A stretch of DNA of 64,000 bases from Eledone cirrhosa. Taxonomy: Eukaryota. This document shows positions 14,796 through 28,707 of the stretch, one piece after another (positions within the stretch are counted from its first letter, which is position 1; the number at the start of each line of letters is the position of its first letter). The position numbers and the translations under genes were made by a program. Below the pieces are notes generated by a model, which did no database searches, was not told the origin of the DNA, and worked only from the letters and a program-made list of their open reading frames with translations. The stretch lies in contig OZ024742.1 of the NCBI GenBank assembly GCA_964016885.1, positions 115,072,001 to 115,136,000 of the forward strand. The letters run 5' to 3'.

Positions 14796-15129
14796 TATAG
14801 TGTAGGTAGTACAGTGAAATACTGGTAATGGTACCAAATGAAGCACTCTATGCACTGTGTATATAATAGAAAAACGAGGAAATTTCGCAATATATATTTT
14901 GTCGCATCGCCAGTCTTAGGAGAAGATCGATACTGGAGTCGGGTCCATAACTCCTATGGGTCAACTTGAGCCAATCCTCTTCGAACCCCCCGTGACAGGT
15001 CGATACGCAATAACATGTTCATATGTAAACGAAACTTCCTCGTTTTTTTCTATTATATACCCTCTGCCTCTGCATAGGGTGCTTGATTTGGTATTAACAC
15101 CAATATTTCACCGTACTACTTACACTATA
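14796..15129. repeat. Small foldback element (~90-bp inverted arms with a structured centre) between (TA)n tracts
   Basis: tatagtgtaggtagtacagtgaaata..aaaaacgaggaaatttcg pairs with cgaaacttcctcgttttt..tatttcaccgtactacttacactata. Confidence 0.85.
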
Positions 15130-15130
15130 C

Positions 15131-15211
<81 letters not shown>

Positions 15212-16494
15212 TATGTGTGTGTGTGTATGTGTGTTTGAGTGTGTGTGCGTGTGTTGATGTGTGTGTAAGTGTGGATGTGTATGCGTGTGCGTGTGTATGT
15301 GTATGTATGTGTGTATGTGTGTTTTTGTTTTTATGTGTGTGTATATTGTATGCAACCAATCAGCTTCCCTACATATATCACGATCATATTCACATGCAAA
15401 TATTTACTCTCATTGTCATCATCTCAATGTTACAAATCTTTATTTATTAACCTAATTAAAATTATTTATAAAGCTCTCCGATTACATTTATTTATGTTGG
15501 TTTTCAGCTGGCAAATCTCGTTTTACCTTTTTTGTTATTTCACTGAAGCAATCTTCCAAATATTTCTGTTCTTAAATGATTAAATACTATTTTTTTTATT
15601 GAAGATTGTTGTGATATGAGAAATGAATTAACACAAGGAAAAATATATACTTTCAAATATTCATATATTGCATGGTATTTGTAAATATTTTGAAGAAAGG
15701 AAAATTGATTTAAAATCAGGTAGGAATGCGGGAATTATATTTTAATTTTAGGCATAGTTCAAGTGAGAATTATATTTGATGCTGTGTATACGAAGAAGAT
15801 ATAATTTCCAATAAAAATACGCAATATAAAGGAGAAAGGATTTACAGTTTGTTTATACACATAAGATACATTTTAAACGTATATTTTAAATGTATATACA
15901 AACTATTTTCGGAGGCCCGTGAAAAATAGTAAACTTTAACGATTTGTCCAAATAGAATGTTTTTTTTTTATTTTCTAGATGCACTCATATTAATATGTAG
16001 TTGATATATAGGTTATGTGGATGATCTAAATATTTTGGTTAGAACATTCCAAATTTAATTAAAATGCCCGGGAAATGACCATTACTTAGATTAAATAATG
16101 AAGTAATGAAGAAAGACAAAATGTTTCAGAATAATTCTTCAAACCAGCCCTTGTAGGTAAACGTGAATAAATAGCTGCATAAGCGGAAAAAAATATCATT
16201 TAATCCAGTTAACGCTGTAAATGGCTTTCGAGTACCATTTAAGAACAAAGTGTATTTCACATAGAGTATAGACTAAAAGACGGGGTAAAATATGTTTGAA
16301 AATTGTGTTTAATTTTAAATTGATTCCTCAATCATTTCGTGTAATGCATTAAGTAAAATATACGAATAAGTTATAAATATGTCATTCATATCAATTAATG
16401 ATTACTGTTTTATCCACAGGTTGTGTGGAATAATTTCATCAAAAATATTTTGCAGTGAATTAGTCAATATTTGACATTTTTTTCTCTATTTCAC

Positions 16495-16561
<67 letters not shown>

Positions 16562-16566
16562 TGTGT

Positions 16567-16680
16567 TACTTTATTTTATCACCCCTTTAACGATGAAAGG
16601 CTAACCTCGGTGGGATGTGAACTCAAAACGTAAAAGTCCTAATACCTTGCTGCAAAGTATTGTGTCTGATATTCTACCGC
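16567..16680 (-). mobile_element. Decayed SINE copy (same family as 13969)
   Basis: The reverse complement reads acgttttgagttcacatcccaccgaggttagcctttcatcgttaaaggggtgataaaataaagta. Confidence 0.7.
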
Positions 16681-16814
16681 AAACATTTGTAATGTGATTA
16701 TTAACCTCAAGCTCCGATATATAAGGACAATATAAAATAGAGGGACAGTGCGGTTTTACAATAAAATCGAGTAAAAATTGTAACAATAAATTAGATAAAA
16801 CATGTAATTCTTCA

Positions 16815-17049
16815 GTGGTGACTGAGAATTCCCACCAATTCTAAAGCAATATGCTCTATAAGATCCCCCCAGAAGGCCACCCCTCTCCCATTGCGGAATT
16901 TCAATGTTATATATTTATTGGTATATGTTTTCTATTATCTTCGATTTACTTGGTTTTTCTGTAATCGATACTGTACATGTTTATATGTTGTCTACTTTGA
17001 CGGTCTTTGTGGCCAATGAAGAAATTATTATTATTATTATTATTATTAC
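16815..17049 (+). mobile_element. 3' terminal fragment of a Tx1-type LINE with an (ATT)n tail
   Basis: ctttgtggccaatgaagaaattattatt matches the 3' end cttgtggttaataaagaaatcattatt at 25561. A similar end occurs at ~19065-19096. Confidence 0.55.
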
Positions 17050-19016
17050 TGCATTTATCTTGCTTTATGTTCATACGAGTTATCATCAAGCCACAACCAG
17101 TGACTTCAAGAGACAACAAGGTCCGCCATGTTCAAGAAAGGACATACATACACACACAAGCATCTTTAGGTGTTTAGACTTGTGATGTACTTATATTGAT
17201 AGAATCTTCCTTACTATATGGGCAGTTACTTTTAGTACTATCTTTTGTATTTTTTCTATACGCGGGTTTCCTGGGATTTGCGATAAGTAATCATTAGACC
17301 CCTTATGTATGCTAGCTAGAACGCCCGCAACAACAGGTATTGTTTTAGTTCTCAACTTCCACATTTTTCTAATTCTATCTCCAGGTCCTTATACTTGCTC
17401 AATTTTTCAAATGTTTTATAGATACATTCTTGTCTCATTGGAACGGACATATCAATTAGAAGGCATACCCTCGCTTTAAAGTCCTTCAGTATTATATCAG
17501 GTCTATTTGCATCTATATTTCGGTCTGTTTGGATGCTAAAGTTCCATAAGATTGAGATGTGATCTTTTTGAAGTACGGGAGTTGGTTGATGATCCCACCA
17601 ATTCTTTTAAAGGCAGGACAAAATGGCTACACATTATCCAATGTAAGTATTGTGCTGCTTTGTCGTGCCTGTTTAGTATTCGGTTGGAGCTATAGGACTC
17701 CACATTGAAATTATATGATCAATGGTCTCTGGTTGTTTTTTACATACACGGCATAATGGGTTGCATCCATTTTTTATTATGGTGGTTTGGTAAATTTTTT
17801 TGGTAGACACTGACCTTGTGATGATATAATCAGTCATTCAGTCTCCGATTTCAGTCCAGGGGTTGCCAACCACTGATGGGTTAAAGTTTTGTCAACATCA
17901 GGATTGTTAGCTCTTTCTGGGCATTTTCCATACAGAGGCTTTTCTTGCATTTCTTAGCCCGTTTCTGTAGCAGTTCTTACTTTGCAGTTACTTTTACCTG
18001 CTTTGCTTTTTCTGTGCTCCTCATTTCACCAGTAATTGGAACTTCTGAAATTTGTAGTTCATTACTGTCTCTTTGTGCATCCGTTGTAATAGAGTATGAT
18101 CTTTTGATACTTTCATGTTTCAAAACGCGTTTGTTCTTCCAATCATAGGATTCCGTTAGATATGTAGATAATCCAATTTTTGAAGTTTTCAAAGCAATAT
18201 CTAACTGGATTAATCCACCTCCTCCTTCTTTCATAGGAAGATATATTATATCTGCATCTGCCTTAGGGTGATGCATTCTGTGCATGGTTAAGAATATTCA
18301 AATGTTTGTATCTAGCCTACGGATCTCTGTGCTTGACCAGTTGATGACATTGCAACTGTATGTTACTACTGGTATGGCAAGCGTGTTTATGGCCTCGATC
18401 CTATTCCTTGCATTCAATTCCGCTCTTAAGATTGCTCTTACTCTGCGGTAACATTCCTTCCTTATCCTTTCCCTCATTGTTGAGTGCTTGAATCCGTCTC
18501 CTTCACAAACATCTAGATATTTGTAAGTTTCCTCTTGATTTAGTTCTCTTATCACATTCCCCCGATCAAGATTAATGTCTGAACTTTTCCTCGTATATTA
18601 GCTAGTTTGTTACTGTCAATATAGTCTCTGTCTTCGGGATGTTTCTTTATCCAGTTGATATAAGTCGGTTCTGTATTTGATCTATTTGATGGGTAAAACA
18701 TGACAGTGTAGAAAGCCTCAAGGACTTCTTTATTGTCTTCCCTTGATCATTTTTCTCTCTTTTTCTTTGGATTTCTTGGTGTTGAGCATGGAGGGCCAAC
18801 AGTAGGAGTTTTCCGGTTACGGGAGGTCTCCAGCTCCGAATTGATGGGAAGGTTTGAACTTTATTTCGTTACATTTTATCCTTAACCGCCAAGTGGTAAT
18901 CATTTGGTGTTACCACACCTAGGACAATGGTCAACCAAGACTAGAAGGGTCGTCCTCCCCTAAAGACACGGCTATTCCCCTCCGGCCGCCATCCCGGTAT
19001 TTCTTGGTCACAGGAT
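17050..19016 (-). mobile_element. R4/Dong-clade RLE non-LTR retrotransposon, internally deleted and decayed
   Basis: Minus strand gives N-terminal SREDNKEVLEAFY..NKLANIR, then YKYL..LNARNRIEAINTLAIPVVTYS, HHPKAD..YLP..GGGGL, CRVC..ETIDHI, RHDK and the RLE motif LWNFSIQTD..NRPDII..LIDMSVP. The 3' end abuts (TAA)n. Confidence 0.9.
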
Positions 19017-20160
19017 TCTTTTTGTTTTTTAAATTGTTATTATCATGAGTGGTTCTTTAATGTGAGCCCTACGTGGCTAAGAATGAAATTATTATTAATA
19101 ACATAATATACTTTTTGTTGAAGTTGCCTCTGTTGTTGTTGGTGGCTTTACTGGTGGTGCTGAGGCTTTTTCTATTGTTGCTGGGGAAGGCGGAAAAACT
19201 TCAGTGCCATAGTCGTTAACTTTTGACCGAGTCACTAAGTCAATCTATTTATTTTTTTTTGTTAGCCACTCCATTTTCTAGTGTTACCTCCACCTTCCCT
19301 TTTCCTAGGTTAACAGAAGGTAATTGGGGAATAGTTGTGGTAACAATGATGGAATGGTGGCGGCAGTGATGGGATAGTGGTACAGTAATGATGGCATTGT
19401 CGCTACTGAATTATGTTTAATAGAATGTAGCTAGTATGCGTGTATTTGATTTGTATATCTATGCGGTTTGTCGTCTATGCTTAATATATAAGTTGACATA
19501 TTTCCTTAATATTTGAATTAAACATTTAGAGGAAACTTGAGATACGATAATAATAATAATAATTATTATTATTATTATTATGCTGGGATTGGTGTTGGTG
19601 TTGGTGAGACTGCCATTATCTGGGTGTTGTATTAAGTGTACACATAGGGGGCGGGTTAGGTGGTGTATCCAGGTGGTGGTGGTGAAATTGCTCTTAATTG
19701 GCTGTTCTATTTAGTGTAGACAGAGTGGGGTTTTCTTCCATTTATAACCATTTTCTTTCTTGAATATAAAATTTCTAATACATAATTGAATATTTGAGCC
19801 TGGGTATTATGGGTCTTCATTTCCTGAAATCTAAGACGGGTGCCTTATGTCCCATTTGTACTAAGAATGTTATTTCACAATTGTTTTGAATAAGTTAAAA
19901 ATCAAAAATCAAACTATTATTATTATTATTGTTCTTTGAGTCTCAGTCATTGATGTTATTTTACTGGAACGTTTATTGAAATGAATATCAAGCCGCTACA
20001 TGCAGCCTCATATATTCAGGACGTATCAGAGTGTTCTTGCTGTTCCCATCAAGCATGCCTTTTGAAGTGTTCCAAAAAGCGTGGCTGGGCTAAACTTCCT
20101 TGAGGGCTAAATTTTCATTTATTTATAATCATACCGACCAAAATTTTGTTTTAAAAAAAC

Positions 20161-23100
20161 ATGACCGTCAAAAAAAATTGTCCGCGGGTAGGAACAGCTA
20201 GTTGTTCGAAGGGTGGAACAGCCATTTCCACCCAATCACAAGGCAAAGTAAAAAAGCATGAGAAACAGCAATAGCAGCGAAAGCCTCAGTGGTAATGACA
20301 ACAGCAGCATCATCCACTGGAACAGTAGTAACAATATTGGAAATTACAAGGAAAACTTCCATACGTTAGAAAAATCAAACAACACCACCACCACCCCAAT
20401 AACAACAATAACAACAGCAACAGCCATAAAGAACCCAAAGAACAACAACTATAACAGCAGCAACACAGAGGGGAAAAAACCGACGACGGCAACAAAGACA
20501 AAACTAGTGATGAGTCAACACATATCAAAACAAACACATCTTTCGCTAAAGCAATTTTGAACAAGTACACATCATTAACGAAGAGATAAAACAAGCAAAG
20601 GTATTGCTTAGAAAGACCGGACACAATGTAAGTCTCAACCGCCCAGCTGAGATAAGAAACAAGCTTTTGTGTTCTGTCAGTTATCGCACGATCGGATCAA
20701 AATCGCGGCGAGTTGAACTGGCAACGGAGTCACAGGTCCAAAGAGCTATGAGCACCGTCTGGCCATAGAAAGCATACATATCCCGGGGATCGAGATATGG
20801 CACTGGGGCTGTGCTCCTCGCTACACCAGAGGAAGCCAGAGCACACGCCATTGCGCCACTCCGCAGTGGCTAAATCATAATGATGCCCACATACTGCGGA
20901 CAGAGAGTCCTCAGGGTTCGAGTGGCCCAGGTTCTGCCCTCGGTGGAGAAGGCGTGGTTGACGGCGGTCGTCCTAGCTGACGTTGAGAATTCAACAACCA
21001 TACTCAACGTCATGCGAATAAGACACGCAAATTGGACAGGGTCGGGGATGGAGCTAATCATCCAAGCAAACCATGAGACCATTGAGAGCATCCCCGATGT
21101 AATAGAGCTGGACGACGGCAGCCAACTAATCGTGACTGGTGAAAGTAGGCGCCCAAGGTGTCGTGGATGCGGTGACAAGACGCACCTTAAGGGATTCTTC
21201 CCCAAACTCACCAAAACAGGCACGCGTCCACCCCTTCTCCCCACGCCGTGCTCCGCGACAAGAGCGGACAAACAAACAAAGACCACAGTGGCAGAAGAGA
21301 AATCACCATCCCCAACAACAAAAGCACCATCTCTTCGGCCACCCACATAAACAATGGAAAGCATACCCCTTCCTGATATAGCTAAATCGGAAAAGGAGTG
21401 CGATAAGGCCGAAGAGTGGAGAACTATACCTGCAAATAAATGGAAGAACTCCCTAACCCCCCCCCCCCCAAAAAAAAAGAGGAAGAAAGACTCTAAAAAA
21501 AAAGGAAATAGAAACTACTCCACCTCCCCCACCACCATCAACAGCCACACCCCCACAACAACCTACACCATCACTACCACCACCACCAAAACGACCGCCA
21601 GCACCACCACCGCCACCCTTAGCATCTACCCCATCGTCACCTCCAACAACACGACGGCAAACTCAGAAAGCACCAACACCCCAACAGCATGCACAACACA
21701 CAGCCATAGACAAAGACAACACAAAGCTTTTAAATTACATTCAACACCACACCAACATCACAGAAACAAACTACGTACAAACCACCAACACTGCACCCCC
21801 CACACACATAAACATAATAGAAATTACACCAAAAAATTACATAACATTAACAAAAATGATCCTCCAAATCAATTGGAGACCACCGAGGGAACATCACCAA
21901 AAGAATATTCACGGATATTCTCGTTGAGAAACCCACCAATGGTCGAAGGGATGGATCACCCTCCCCCTTCCTAAAATAGAGCCACAGATAATGTTTGTAC
22001 CTCTCCCATATCACTTGTTTTCCTCCTATCCTAGCTAACATGGCTTCTCTCAGAATAGGTAGCATAAATGCACGTAGCCTGGGGTTGTCTTGGAAGCAGG
22101 GCCACCTGCCGAACGATCTCATGAGACTAAACATAGATATGGTGGCCATCAGCGAGACCAGAATCTCTGAGGCACGGGCATTCTCACCCATTTTCGGTGG
22201 CTACGAGCTGTACACATGTCCAAGCTGTCACGGATCGGGAAGGGGGGAGTTAGTGGGCGTGTTCCGGAGAAGTCTGGATCTCAAGATACGGGCCGTCGTC
22301 TTGGACCCAGAGGGTAAGATGATGGAAATGGACGTCACCAGCGGTGAAGGACAAGCTTTCAGGCTAGTGGCCTCCTATTCCCCGACAGGAGCAAGACGGC
22401 CTGAATTCTTCCGGCGTCTGGAGAACTTTCTTGGAACGTCCAGCTCTCTAGTGTTAGTGGACGACTGGAACGGGATCTTAGATGCACGTTGGGATTGTGT
22501 GGGATAAGTGTGGGATAAGATTGTAGGGGAGGAGGGTGTAAAAGTCTCACAAACCTATTCAGGCGTTTTCAAATATCGGACAGGTACCGAATTGATTTCC
22601 CGAATATGCAAATGTGGACTTGGATAAACAGCATCGGGTCATCCTGATTATTTATAGATAGAGTATTTTATACGGAAATAGATAGGTCTAGCATAGGCTG
22701 TCCACAATTCAAGATAGTCAGCTACACGGATCACAAATTCGTGATCTGTGTCGTTGACTTAGATAGGCTTCATAGACAGGGACCCGGCTACAGGAAGCTA
22801 AACGCGTCATTACCAGCGCGCAAGCACTACAGAGACCGGATTAGCGAATTAGTTAATCGGGCGTTGACGGGGATCATCATCATCAACAAATAGTGATTTG
22901 CTCTGAAAAGAGCGATTAGAATAGAGTCCAATAGATTTAGTCAGGCTTTAGCAATAGAGAAAAATATAGCAGAGGGAGAACTAGTTACAAAATTAGACGA
23001 GGCGCTTAGTAAAGGCATCGCGACCGACATACTTGCGGCGAAATTGGCCCTTGACCAATTCTTAAATGCAAAGAAAGAAGGCTACGTTGTCAGAGCTAGG

Positions 23101-25579
23101 GTGCGTGCTCTCAATGACGAGGAGACGAAAGCCGTTCAATGGGCCCGAGTGGCGGAGGCGCACCGTGGCAACAAAGCCACGATCCGGTCGTTGGTGGACC
23201 ACGACGGGCGCATGCTACTTGATCCCGGGCAAATGTGTGAGGCTTTTCAGCGACACTTCGCTCAGCTGTTCGGGAGCAGCAGCAGAGGCCGGATCGAGGG
23301 ATAGACTTTAGTTTCTACCTCGACGAACTGCCGCGGCTCTCGGACACTGAGGCGGAGTGTTATAAAAAGCCGTTAATAGCCGCTGAAGTACGGGAGGCAA
23401 CGACTAGCTGCACAAGGGGTAAATCGCCTGGTTTAGATGGTCTGCCGTATGAACTGTACGTACATATGCCAGACTAGTTCGGAGGCCCCTTGTCGGACGT
23501 CTACTGCAAATGGCAACAGAACGAGAGAATTCCAAGCTCTGTGTGACGAGGAGAGGTGGTACTTCTGAGAAAGGATCCGAACAAGGGGGATAACATAGAT
23601 AATTTCAGGCCCACAACTCTACTAAACACAGTGTTTAGGATTTTGGCCAAGAAGCTAGCCAAGTGCTTGGCGCTTGTTGTTGGTGGTCTGGAGGGAGAAG
23701 CGCAGACGTGCGCCATTCCAGACAGATCCATCCAGGACAACCTCTACCTCATGCGATACATCGTGGAGAAGGTAGCTAAGGAACCTGTCACGGGTGGGTC
23801 CTTGATCAATTTAGATTAGTCGAAAGCTTTCGATAGGGTCGGCCATCGTTATCTGGCGGCAGTCCTGAGGGCGTCTGGTTTGGGCCCGACTTCAGAGGCT
23901 GTATCGCTGCCATGCACAGCGACATCTGCTTTGTGGTGAGAGTGAACGGTCACCTTTTGTAACCGTTCAACATCATGCCAATGGTGTCTCCTCTCGTCCC
24001 TCTTGTACGTATTGATTATCGAACCATTACTGCACAAACTGGAGACACTGAGGGGAGTCCCGCGTGAACTAGGATGCGGAAGATCTGTGTCAGCATATGC
24101 GGACGATGTCACTGTACTGGTGTCGAACGCCAAACACATCGTGGCAATCGGCACTACACTAAGAGAATACGAAGCGGTGACATGTGCAATGATCAACCAG
24201 GAAAAGTCGGTGGGCCTGCAGCTCGGCACCTGGAGACGCAGGTCCATGCCGTCTAACAGCGTCATCGGGCGCTAGACGGACGGACAGGTTAAATTGCTAG
24301 CGGTCTGGTTCTGTCGCGTCCGTCATCTACTACCGCCTGACCGTCTTGCCTTGACCTAAGTCTCGCCTGACTGCGCTTGAGCTTTTTGCGGAAGGGACGC
24401 GCCCCGATGGTCTTGCGGTACATCTGCTGCCAACACCCGCTACGTGGATGGCTGGGCCTGCCCTGACTGATGATGCGCAGACACGCGCTCAGGAGGCTAC
24501 GACATATCCACCTCTTCCTCGACCGTGATCAGGTGTGGTCGCCGTTGCTAGACGCGTCTTTCCCCAGCTCGTCTCCTTGACGGAGCTGCAGTCCTGGGTC
24601 AAGCGAAAAAGGAAAGAGAGCGCTTGGAGACTGGAATGTCTCCAGGCGCTCACAGCCCTTGACAAATTGGGAAATGTGTTCGGTGGAAACACCACCTTGG
24701 CGTTCTATAGAGGATTAGTGGAGGGGAAGAGCGACGACGTAGTTGGGAAAACTCTAGCCGTCGACGAACATCAACTAGCCAATCTTTTCGGAAGAACTCT
24801 CGGGCCGGGGCCTATGGACAACTTCCAGAAACCCCTGGCCTGGCAGTGCTACCGAGGAGCTTTGCCAGTTCAGGATAAACTCTACAGGCATGGAGGTGCC
24901 GTCAGCCGGGCATGTCCGAGGTGCGCGCAGGGCGACGAAATCGTTCTGCACGTACTCTTCAAGTGTCCGAGCATTGCTGACGTGTGTGTTTATGTTGAAC
25001 ACCTGCTGTCGCGTGTAGGCCTGATCCAGCTATCAGCTGAGTCCATGCGAGGATTGCCACACCCTCTTCCTTTAGCCGGGAAGGCCAGGGAGTTTTTATC
25101 TGTCTTGTGGCCATGGCAAAAGAGATAGTATGTTGGACACGTTTGAAAGGGCTGAAGACTAGCACTTACCTCTTAGGTGATGCCCTGATTAACTTTTTCA
25201 AATTTCATTTGAAAAGGAAAATCAGGGTAGGAGTGAAATGCTCTCTTCCCAGCATTTTGTTGAAAGATGGGTGAGAGAGAAAAAGAATGGCCCGAGTGAA
25301 TGGGCCTACTCTGAGTATGTGTCTGTAAATTAAAGGGTGGAAAACGGGGAGAGAGCACTGGCCCTGGTGGTCAGGGTCACTGTGACTTTTTAATGGGCTT
25401 TCTCCACGAATGTCCCTCGTAAGTCTCCCCCCTATTGGAGAATTGTTTCATTGTTCTATTTTTACATCCTCTGTTTTTTTTGTTTTGTTACACGCATAAA
25501 TGCCCTTTTGTACCGTCCAGTATTGTCCTGTATGTCCTTAATGTCTACTTTGTGTAAACCCTTGTGGTTAATAAAGAAA

Positions 25580-25618
<39 letters not shown>
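20161..25618 (+). mobile_element. Near full-length, decayed Tx1/L1-clade LINE
   Basis: ORF1 has a zinc-knuckle-like CRGCGDKTH; ORF2 runs APE-RT-CxxC; the 3' UTR ends AATAAAGAAAT plus (ATT)n. The 5' boundary is uncertain. Confidence 0.9.
22040..25328 (+). pseudogene. LINE ORF2 (APE endonuclease, reverse transcriptase, C-terminal zinc finger), interrupted by stops and frameshifts
   Basis: MASLRIGSINARSL, ISETR, DDWNGILD, YTDH, KSPGLDGLP, NFRPTTLLN, LD*SKAFDRV, SAYADD, CPRC..E..LHVLFKCP. Confidence 0.93.
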
Positions 25619-25620
<2 letters not shown>

Positions 25621-25622
25621 AT

Positions 25623-25678
<56 letters not shown>

Positions 25679-25694
25679 TAGTAGAAGCAGCAGC

Positions 25695-25756
<62 letters not shown>

Positions 25757-25810
25757 AAGTAGTAGTAGTAGTAACAGTAGTAGTAGTGGTAGTAGTAGCA
25801 GCAGCAGCAG
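25582..25810 (+). repeat. Compound trinucleotide microsatellite (ATT)n(AGT)n(AGC)n
   Basis: Directly visible. Confidence 0.97.
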
Positions 25811-26439
25811 TTGTTCAGCAAGAGAAGGCGTTAAACTTATTTATCTATTCAGTTTGTGCTTTAATCTACCTCCAGTGGTGAAAATATGAAAAAAATAAAG
25901 TAATTTCCTCTTTTCCAATTTGGAAATAAATAGTTTTTTTCAATAAATAGATAAAATGGGTGGCAAGAAAAAATGACATTTTGGTGATAATATTTAATAT
26001 TTTCTACTTATTCAGTTAGGCACCAACTAACACACCAATATTCAGTACAATTGTGAAATATTCCAGAAATAAGCTTTAATATTAAGGTGTCTGGAATGCT
26101 ATATATCTGCAAAGAACGATGTAGCAGCACGGCGGATAAAGTAAACATAACTATCAAAAAGGTATCATACACGTCTTTAATCGTATTCTTCACAGGTTAG
26201 AAAGTAGATTTCTCTTTCTCAGAATTTTACACATAACTATTATCAGAGCCTGTAACAGTGTGACCTACACGAAAAACACAAAATACTTAAGTGGTGGTGT
26301 TAAAACGAGTGATAGATAAATACTAGCACTCAAGGACGCCATGGTAAAAATTCAGGAATATATATCGTAAGACACGCTAACATAATCTACCATGGTCACA
26401 ACTATTGATATATGATACATACACACTTACATATGTACA

Positions 26440-26592
<153 letters not shown>

Positions 26593-27025
26593 AAACATAT
26601 AATCATAAGTGAATATATTTATACTAACACGCACATTTGGACGTACGTACACGTAAGCATGCAAAGATACATACACACACACAAACATGCAAGCATGTAT
26701 ACATGCATTAAAAAGAAAAGCTGGAACTTCTGAGACGGAAGGGGAATACAGAAGAAAAGATTTAAATGCCAATAAATTGTCCATAAATTCTATATTCTTG
26801 GATGAATATATAGAAAAAATAAAACGCGAAGAATGGGAATCTGCCAAATAGAATACACTCTGGTGCAAAAGTCTTAACCCTGCGTCATTTTAATATTATA
26901 AGGATTGCATTAATAGTTCACCGAGGACGAAATTATTACTATCTTAGACTAAAATTGCCTCAAGCTTTTCGTATTTTTAACATTACCAGTACAACAAATC
27001 AGATTTTCTTCCCAATAGCCAATGA

Positions 27026-27221
<196 letters not shown>

Positions 27222-27243
27222 TATATAAATATATATATACATA

Positions 27244-27293
<50 letters not shown>

Positions 27294-27925
27294 TAAATGT
27301 GTGTATGTGTGTGTGTGTTTGTATTTGGGCGTGTGTGTTAGGTCAGTAGATGTGTGTATGGATGTATAGAGATATGTATTCATATATGTGTATGTATAAA
27401 ATGTCAAGATGTTTCTTAATACAATGCTTGTTGACGATGCGCCTAACATTCTGCCGAATCTCGATGTGGTTTCTGTCCATATTGGGGCGCTATTGATAGC
27501 ATCCTCTTAGCGCTGCATGAAGAACAACTACTTGGTCCCTACAATTACATTGTTGATCTCAATAGGGCTTTTAATACAATCACTATGTAAGTCCTTTGAA
27601 GTAACCTCTGAAAGCTAGGGTGCTCTGAGGCGGTTACTGGTTGATTGCGTTACATTTAAAAGATTTGGTTTGTCTTGGTAAAACATTTCTCCGTTGAAGC
27701 ATGGGGGAAACATAATGACATGGTCCCTCCTATTCTTTTGCCATCCACTTTGCAGTTGAAATGCCTTCAAAATATGTATAGTGATTCCTTCACCAACCAC
27801 TGGGCACCATATCTACGGTGGATGACATGCATAAAGGTAAATGCTTTAATTAATTTGTCACATCATGGTTAACAAAGCATTACCACCAGTTCAACCTATT
27901 GGTAATGGAACTAAATTAGATGGTG

Positions 27926-28105
<180 letters not shown>

Positions 28106-28226
28106 AGATGAGTAATATTGTAGAACAATAAAACTATGCATATATTGGATAAGTAGCACTCAACAATGGGTACAACTGGAGTATATATTAAAGAAGAAAT
28201 TAAAAGATGGTTTAAAAAGTGCCAGA

Positions 28227-28296
28227 TATTTTATTATGCGCATTTCGAAAGCAACATCATCCTGAGACAAATTTTGTGTTCTCATCAGATAAAATA
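28227..28296 (-). ncRNA. Type I hammerhead ribozyme, palindromic stem III ATGCGCAT
   Basis: Minus strand reads TATTTTAT-CTGATGA-GAA..TTC-GAAA-TGCGCA-TA-ATAAAATA, with an 8-bp stem I. Confidence 0.88.
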
Positions 28297-28707
28297 AGGT
28301 AACATGATATGAGGCCTAAAAACACTTGTCAACAGGAAAGTGCAAAGTCTACCTATGACAGAAATATAAGAGTAAGAAAAAGATAGGAACATAGAAGAAA
28401 AGGAAAGAAGAAGGAGAAAAAGGAAAAAGAAAAGGAGAGGGGGATATGGAAGAGAGGAAAAAGAAGGAGAATGAGAAAGAGAAAGAGAAAGAGAGAGAAA
28501 CATTTGATCAGGAACGCTGTCAAAATGAAACAAGCTGTAAATAACGGTTAAAACGTAAATTGATGAGGTGTATGTGCGAATATTATAGATGGTATTCAGA
28601 TATTAGAGCTCTAAAATATGGAAACTGGGTATATTATTTTATATTGGGTTTAAATACTAAAAAATGGATTAAGAAGTGTAAACATGTATTAATAGAATGA
28701 AATAAAA

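Noticed and set aside
26853-26900. TACACTCTGGTGCAAAAGT, resembling a Tc1/mariner terminus
   Set aside because: No matching inverted end or transposase remnant was found.
27420-27860. GC-richer island that might be a transposase fragment
   Set aside because: No convincing motif in any frame.
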